Source of the DNA: Bryobacterales bacterium
GTDB lineage: Bacteria; Acidobacteriota; Terriglobia; Bryobacterales; UBA6623
DNA: 64,000 bases
NCBI GenBank assembly: GCA_965217195.1
Contig: CBDCHL010000003.1
Span: forward strand, 1,437,260 to 1,501,259
Reading direction: 5' to 3'
Positions 59,086 to 64,000 of the stretch are shown here, in pieces (position 1 is the first letter of the stretch; every line of letters starts with the position of its first letter). Position numbers and translations under genes: made by a program. The notes beneath the pieces were generated by a model. It worked only from the letters and a program-made list of their open reading frames with translations, was not told the DNA's origin and made no database searches.

Positions 59086-62000
59086 ATGACGAAATCTTCC
59101 GGAATCTCTTGGTTGCTCGGGATTGGGGCGCTGCTCGTCGCGGCTGAACATCCGCTCGCTCTGGCTCAAGAAGGGAACGAAGCAGAGCATGAAAACAGGG
59201 GCGTTCGCGGGGCTGAGCCCAAAGACGAGAAAGAAGGGCTGCCCCTAAAGCCCGAACGCAAGATCGAGTTTACGACCGACGAGGGCACGTGGATATCACT
59301 CGACGTCTCCCCCGCCGGCACAACCATTATTTTCGACCTGCTTGGAGATCTTTACAGCTTGCCGATTGAGGGAGGCGAGGCCGCGCTGGTCGCCGGGGGC
59401 ATGGCCTTTGAAAGTCAGCCCCGCTATTCGCCCGACGGTTCGAGAATCGCTTTCCTCAGTGATCGGGAGGGGGCCGAGAACGTCTGGATCGCCGACGCGG
59501 ATGGTTCCAATGCCAAGCGACTGAGTAACGATGACAGCAATCTTTTTACTTCACCCGGTTGGACCTCCGACGGCGACAATGTACTCGTCTCGCGCAGGAC
59601 GGAAAATGGCTTCGAGATTTGGATGTATCACGTCGGCGGAGGCGCCGGCATTCAGCTCGTCAAGGTCACTCCTCCGCCCGGCACGCCAGGCTACGCGACA
59701 CAGGGTGCCCTGGGCGCCATCGCCGGCCCCGGCGGGCGCTACGTCTACTATGCCAAAGGGGTTGGCAAACCGGCTTGGATGCCTGCCGGCAGTTTTGGGC
59801 GATGGCAGATCGCGCGGCGGGACTTGCTCACGGGCGTCGAGGAACTGATTACGGAGGCGCTCGGGAGCGCCATACGGCCGCGGCTGTCCCCCGATGGGAC
59901 GAAGTTAGTCTACGGTACGCGCTACGACGCCGCGACAGAGCTGCGCATCCGGGACTTTTCGACCGGGGAAGACCGCCGGCTGAAGTATGCGGTCCAGCGA
60001 GATGATCAGGAATCTCCCGCCGCACAAGACCTCCTTCCCGGCTACGCCTTTACCCCAGACGGGAAAGAGGTCGTTCTTAGTTACGGCGGCAAGATTCATC
60101 GGGTCGATATCGAAAGCGGGGACACGAAGACCATCCCGTTCGTGGCCAACGTCCGGCAAGACCTGGGTCCGTTACTCGACTTTCCTTCGCGCGTCGATGA
60201 CGGTCCGGTGCGGGTCCGCTTGATCCATGATCCCTCGCAGTCTCCGGACGGCAAGCGATTGGCATTCTCAGCACTGACCCATCTCTATTCGATGGAGATT
60301 CCGAGTGGAACGCCTCGGCGCGTTAACTCAGGAGACGATCGCGAATTTCATCCCGCGTGGTCGCCCGACGGGCAGTGGCTCGCCTACGTAACCTGGTCTG
60401 CCGACGGAGGAGACATCTGGAAGGCGCGGGTTGACGGCCAAGGTTCGCCGCGGAAACTGACGCAAGTTCCCGGATACTATCGACACCCGATCTGGACCCC
60501 CGACGGCGCCCGCATCGTGGCGCTCCGCGGACTTACCGGCGTGCGAGTCAAGCGGATCCGAGACTACGGCCCCTACACGGGGACGCCAAGCGGGGACGAC
60601 ATCGTATGGGTGCCCGCCGGAGGCGGCGAGGCCCGGCTCATCGTACCCGCTCGCGGTCTCGGGCGACTGCATTTCGGCGAAGAGAAGACCCGCATCTACG
60701 CAAGCTCGAAGGCGGATGGGCTGGTTTCGTTTCGCTTTGACGCGACGGAACGCCGGAGTCACCTCAAAGTTACTCGTAGCTTCGATAATGACACGCGACC
60801 GACAGGGGAGATCATTGTCAGTCCCAACGGCCGCTACGCCGCGGCTCGAATCCTCCAACAACTGTATGTGATGGTTGTTCCGCGCGTGGGAGGAGATGCC
60901 CCTACCGTGAACGTGAGCGCTCCCAGCGTGCCGGCAAAGATTGTTTCCGAGGTCGGGGCCGATTATATGGCGTGGGCGGATGACGGCTCCGTTTTAACGT
61001 GGGGGATGGGTTCCTCGTTCTTCCGTGCGCGAATCGATGACATCTTCGCCCACGGCGTAAAGCAATTGGAGACAGGCGCCGACACCGACGGGACCGTGGA
61101 GCACGACGCGCTGCCAATCGAGGAAATCGATGTGAAAATCGAACTGCCTCGCCATCGTCCGCGGGGGTCTATTGTACTTCGCGGAGCGAACGTTGTCACG
61201 ATGCGAGGCGAGGAAGTCATCGAGAACGCCGACATTGTCGTGAGCGACAACCGAATCACCTTCGTGGGCCGCCGCGGCGCCGCGGATATTCCCGATGGGG
61301 CGCGCGTCTTCGACGTGAGCGGCGCAACGATCATGCCCGGCATCATCGACGTTCACGCGCACTGGTTCGAGATTCGTCGAGGCTTGCTCGACATGCAAAA
61401 CTGGCCGTTTCTAGCGAATCTGGCCTATGGCGTAACGGCCGGTCGAGATCCGCAAACCTCGACGAACGACACGTTCGCTTATCAAGACCTGGTCGACGTT
61501 GGCGAAATCCCGGGTCCCAGGGCGTTTTCGACGGGGCCGGGAGTATTCGACATCCGGTCGGCATCTGAAGCCTCGAACGTGGTCACCAGATACAAAAAGT
61601 ACTACCGAGCGAAAACGATCAAGAACTACGCTGTCGGGAACCGCGAGAAGAGGCAGTGGTTTGTGCAGGCCGCGAAAGAGCACCGCATCATGCCGACGAC
61701 CGAAGCGTGGAATCTGAAGCTGCACATCACTCACGTGATTGACGGCTTCAGCGGGAACGAGCACAGCATTCCAGTCTTTCCGCTCTACCGGGACGTGGTC
61801 GAGTTGATCGCTCGCTCGGGACTGACCTACACGCCTACGCTACTCTTGGCGTATGGTGGCCCGCACGCCGAGAACGTATTCTATGTGAACGGCGAAGTCC
61901 ACGACGACCCCAAACTCAGACGCTTTATTCCTCACAATGTACTTGACTTGAAGACCAGGCGGGGACCGTGGTATCGGGAAGACGAGCATGTCTATCGCAA

Positions 62001-62382
62001 GCTTGCTCGGTCCGCCGCCAAGATTGTTCGCGCCGGCGGACGAGTCTGTGTCGGGGGGCATGGACAGTTGCAGGGAATCCAATGCCACTGGGAGATGTGG
62101 GCGCTCCAGAGTGGAGGCATGACGAACCTTGAGGTGCTCCGGGCGGCGACGCTGCACGGAGCTGAGGCGATCGGCTACGCGCAGGATCTCGGGAGCATTG
62201 AGGAGGGAAAGCTGGCCGACCTGATCGTCCTGAACAGAGACCCGCTGGAAGATATTCGGAACACCAATACGATCAGGTACGTGATGAAGAACGGAGAGTT
62301 GTTTGAAGGGGACACCCTCAACCAGGTCTGGCCGCAGCAAAAGGCCTTGCCGCCTCTGTGGTGGTGGAACGACGAGCCTTAG
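59086..62382 (+). CDS. secreted TolB-like (PD40 beta-propeller) + amidohydrolase fusion protein (1098 aa)
   Basis: Signal peptide. PD40-type repeats (PRYSPDGSRIAFLSDREGAENVWIADADGSNAKRLS, PAWSPDGQWLAYV). C-terminal metal-dependent hydrolase (IMPGIIDVHAHW ... GGHGQLQG ... GKLADLIVL). Confidence 0.9.
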   Translation: MTKSSGISWLLGIGALLVAAEHPLALAQEGNEAEHENRGVRGAEPKDEKEGLPLKPERKIEFTTDEGTWISLDVSPAGTTIIFDLLGDLYSLPIEGGEAALVAGGMAFESQPRYSPDGSRIAFLSDREGAENVWIADADGSNAKRLSNDDSNLFTSPGWTSDGDNVLVSRRTENGFEIWMYHVGGGAGIQLVKVTPPPGTPGYATQGALGAIAGPGGRYVYYAKGVGKPAWMPAGSFGRWQIARRDLLTGVEELITEALGSAIRPRLSPDGTKLVYGTRYDAATELRIRDFSTGEDRRLKYAVQRDDQESPAAQDLLPGYAFTPDGKEVVLSYGGKIHRVDIESGDTKTIPFVANVRQDLGPLLDFPSRVDDGPVRVRLIHDPSQSPDGKRLAFSALTHLYSMEIPSGTPRRVNSGDDREFHPAWSPDGQWLAYVTWSADGGDIWKARVDGQGSPRKLTQVPGYYRHPIWTPDGARIVALRGLTGVRVKRIRDYGPYTGTPSGDDIVWVPAGGGEARLIVPARGLGRLHFGEEKTRIYASSKADGLVSFRFDATERRSHLKVTRSFDNDTRPTGEIIVSPNGRYAAARILQQLYVMVVPRVGGDAPTVNVSAPSVPAKIVSEVGADYMAWADDGSVLTWGMGSSFFRARIDDIFAHGVKQLETGADTDGTVEHDALPIEEIDVKIELPRHRPRGSIVLRGANVVTMRGEEVIENADIVVSDNRITFVGRRGAADIPDGARVFDVSGATIMPGIIDVHAHWFEIRRGLLDMQNWPFLANLAYGVTAGRDPQTSTNDTFAYQDLVDVGEIPGPRAFSTGPGVFDIRSASEASNVVTRYKKYYRAKTIKNYAVGNREKRQWFVQAAKEHRIMPTTEAWNLKLHITHVIDGFSGNEHSIPVFPLYRDVVELIARSGLTYTPTLLLAYGGPHAENVFYVNGEVHDDPKLRRFIPHNVLDLKTRRGPWYREDEHVYRKLARSAAKIVRAGGRVCVGGHGQLQGIQCHWEMWALQSGGMTNLEVLRAATLHGAEAIGYAQDLGSIEEGKLADLIVLNRDPLEDIRNTNTIRYVMKNGELFEGDTLNQVWPQQKALPPLWWWNDEP

Positions 62383-62633
62383 CGAGTGCCCTTTAGATTC
62401 GGGCGAAGAAGCGGGAGCGAACGGCTCATTTCTCAGAGAAGTTTTCGGCAGTGAACAGGGCTAAGCCATTCAAAAAGAACCACATAGCCCTCGTCCGCGG
62501 ATTACTGTCGCGAAATCCGGTTCGCATGAACAATCCAGCGCCTGAGCGTGCTCAGCGCCCCCGACGGATCCAGAAACCGAGCCTACGCAACGGCCTGGGC
62601 GAAGAAAGTCTCTCTGTTTGTGACATGGCTTGG

Positions 62634-63516
62634 TAGGGTCGAGAACTGGCGCGGTGGCCCGTCAGGACGCCGGCTTGGCTGTATCCGGGGTTTCCCCCTT
62701 CGTGCCCGTTTAGCCGTGTCCGTAGCTCCGTCTCCAGCTCCCGCCACCTCGCACGCAGCGTGCGGATTTCCCGCACTACGCGCTCCTGCACACTTCGCGA
62801 CAAGATTTATGAGACCTATCCGGTTGGAGTTGCTTTCGACGATGGCCCTGGAGCCGTCACCCAGATTCAGGTGTCCGCTCCCACCATCGACTACTCCACC
62901 CCTTCCATCCGAAGCCTTGGCACGACGCCAAGGCCATTCAGCCTTCCTCTTGCCGTATAGTCCTGATCGCAGATCCTGCAGACTGCTGGACGCTTTTATC
63001 ATTCGTCCCTGCCTCACTGTTGTTGACCAAGACTTCACGTGCAGCAAGGTCCCATCGCTCCGCAGGCGTTACCCCGCTTCACCGCTACTACGAACCTAGC
63101 CGCCACCCTCTCGCCTTCCACCGACTTCCTGGTTGTCGCCAGTTATACGGCTTTCGTGCTCCGTCGATTTCGCGACGGGACGAGGAGGGCTTCTCCAGTT
63201 GCTTAGCATGCCCTTGTCACCGTGCTGTCCCTACCACCCCGCCGGAGTGACCTGGCGCCGCAGTCAGTTTGCGCCAAGTCATGCTGCCTTCGCCCGTGAT
63301 AAGGGGGCTCGGCCTCCGGGGTTTTAGCTTTTCGAGGCCACCTGTGGGTTCACTTCCGTTACGGCCCGGTGACTCGCTCACCATCCCAAGGATGGCTTTG
63401 TCGATTGGCTTCATCGGCTTCGTTTCCTCCACCGATGCAACTCAAGCTACGGGGCTCTGACTCTTACCCCGGTGGGACTGCCTCCCACTGAACATGCCAG
63501 CCTTCGCTGGACGCAC
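62634..63516 (-). mobile_element. group II intron, ORF-less/degenerate (RT gene almost entirely deleted); 3' boundary uncertain (62716 or about 62634)
   Basis: The minus strand starts GUGCG at 63516 (GTGCGTCCAGCGAAGGCTGGCATG...GGGTAAGAGTCAGAGCCCCG...). There is a remnant of an intron-encoded protein start (MIKASSSLQDLRSGLYGKRKAEWPWRRAKASDGRGGVVDG, compared with the usual SLQxLRxxIYxKAKAE...AKANxGAxGVDG). A domain-V-like hairpin GAGCGCGUA-GUGCGG-GAAAU-CCGCAC-(GC bulge)-UGCGUGC sits at about 62750-62785. Confidence 0.6.
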
Positions 63517-63636
63517 TTATCACCAGGTATCATCTGTCAGTACAAACCACGGCGTCTCGTTATTGAAACGCGCTCTCCGATGTTCACGGCGACGATGAGA
63601 ACAAAGAGCGTGGTGTCTTCGTGAGGCCCGGCCGGG

Positions 63637-63867
63637 ATGCCGGTCAGTCGGGCAGCGGATGTGACAGAGAGGAGGGGCCTACGGGGGCGCCATGCCGCCG
63701 GATCGCACCTGGGAATCCCTTATCGTTTGGCGACGGCGATGGCGGGCGAGGACGGCACGACCTCTTTCGGCTTTACCGTTCCGGATCAGAGCGAGTCCGA
63801 AGGAATAGTAAGCTTCGCGCATCGACGGAGCAAGACGGACGGCTTTCTCGAGAAGTTCCTCGGCTGA
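63637..63867 (+). CDS. possible small ORF (start 63637 or 63739), stop overlapping the next ATG (TGATG)
   Basis: By eye the codon third-position GC is higher than in the competing minus frame. Shows translational-coupling geometry. No similarity recognised. Confidence 0.3.
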   Translation: MPVSRAADVTERRGLRGRHAAGSHLGIPYRLATAMAGEDGTTSFGFTVPDQSESEGIVSFAHRRSKTDGFLEKFLG

Positions 63868-64000
63868 TGCATAGCGCTTTTCCGAGCGCTCGCTGGTCTT
63901 TCGCGGACAACATTCGAACGTCGCCGCAGTCTTTCCCGGGCCGCGAGGTGGAGATGTTCAACAACCTGGCCGTGAGCGACACGCATGTATTCAACCCCAC
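63867..64000 (+). CDS. hypothetical protein, N-terminal 44 codons (runs off the right edge)
   Basis: ATG 63867, frame open to the window end: MHSAFPSARWSFADNIRTSPQSFPGREVEMFNNLAVSDTHVFNP. About 77% G/C at third positions by hand count. Confidence 0.35.
   Translation, partial: MHSAFPSARWSFADNIRTSPQSFPGREVEMFNNLAVSDTHVFNP

Noticed and set aside
62552-63099. ORFs 62548..63099 (+), 62583..63047 (-) and 62552..62803 (-).
   Set aside because: They lie within the structured group II intron RNA. Only the first ~40 codons of the 62583..63047 frame resemble an intron RT, and there is not enough length for a functional protein.
63679-63900. Minus-strand TPR-like peptide (AEELLEKAVRLAPSMREAYYSFGLALIRNGKAERG) upstream of the group II intron.
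   Set aside because: The frame is closed by stop codons a short distance upstream (around 63960). By hand count its third-position GC (about 58%) is lower than that of the overlapping plus-strand frame (about 74%). It is possibly a chance resemblance or an old remnant, so I did not call it.

Overview
High-GC bacterial chromosome segment. My inference is Acidobacteriota of the Solibacter/Bryobacter type, based on a TIGR03437-like C-terminal domain, CRTAC1 and SBBP proteins, and dense REP-like repeats. No rRNA, tRNA or CRISPR array was seen. About 45 coding regions are mostly ordinary metabolism and transport (MFS, SSS and NCS2 transporters, malic enzyme, SDR, MBL hydrolases, amidohydrolases, uvrB, infC, IHF/HU, aminopeptidase P, PduO-type adenosyltransferase). 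These are interleaved with many mobile or repetitive elements. (1) An IS1595-family element with 37-bp IRs and an 8-bp TSD splits a roughly 1100-aa secreted-protein gene. (2) An IS630-family element with a TA duplication and an in-phase A_AAA_AAG slippery site splits a RAYT-like Y1 transposase gene that is itself flanked by REP-type hairpins. (3) There is an ORF-less, degenerate group II intron. (4) At least four short repeat families occur. The most interesting locus is 55.7-58.1 kb (minus strand). Two ORFs there are joined by one in-frame TGA into a U-G-S-C selenoprotein candidate with a SECIS-like hairpin. It lies just downstream of a thioredoxin-fold (CPSC) protein fused to an unassigned domain of about 370 aa. 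Other points: infC must start at ATT 38595; a near-consensus promoter plus intrinsic terminator defines a ~70-nt transcript or leader at 39.2 kb; a 739-aa Lys-rich orphan protein is present; and there is an acyl-ligase/ACP/acyltransferase fusion. Several ORF-track starts were trimmed because the N-terminal extensions translate repeats or lack an RBS. All calls come from reading the sequence and from remembered family signatures. No database search was run, and GC or composition statements are by eye.
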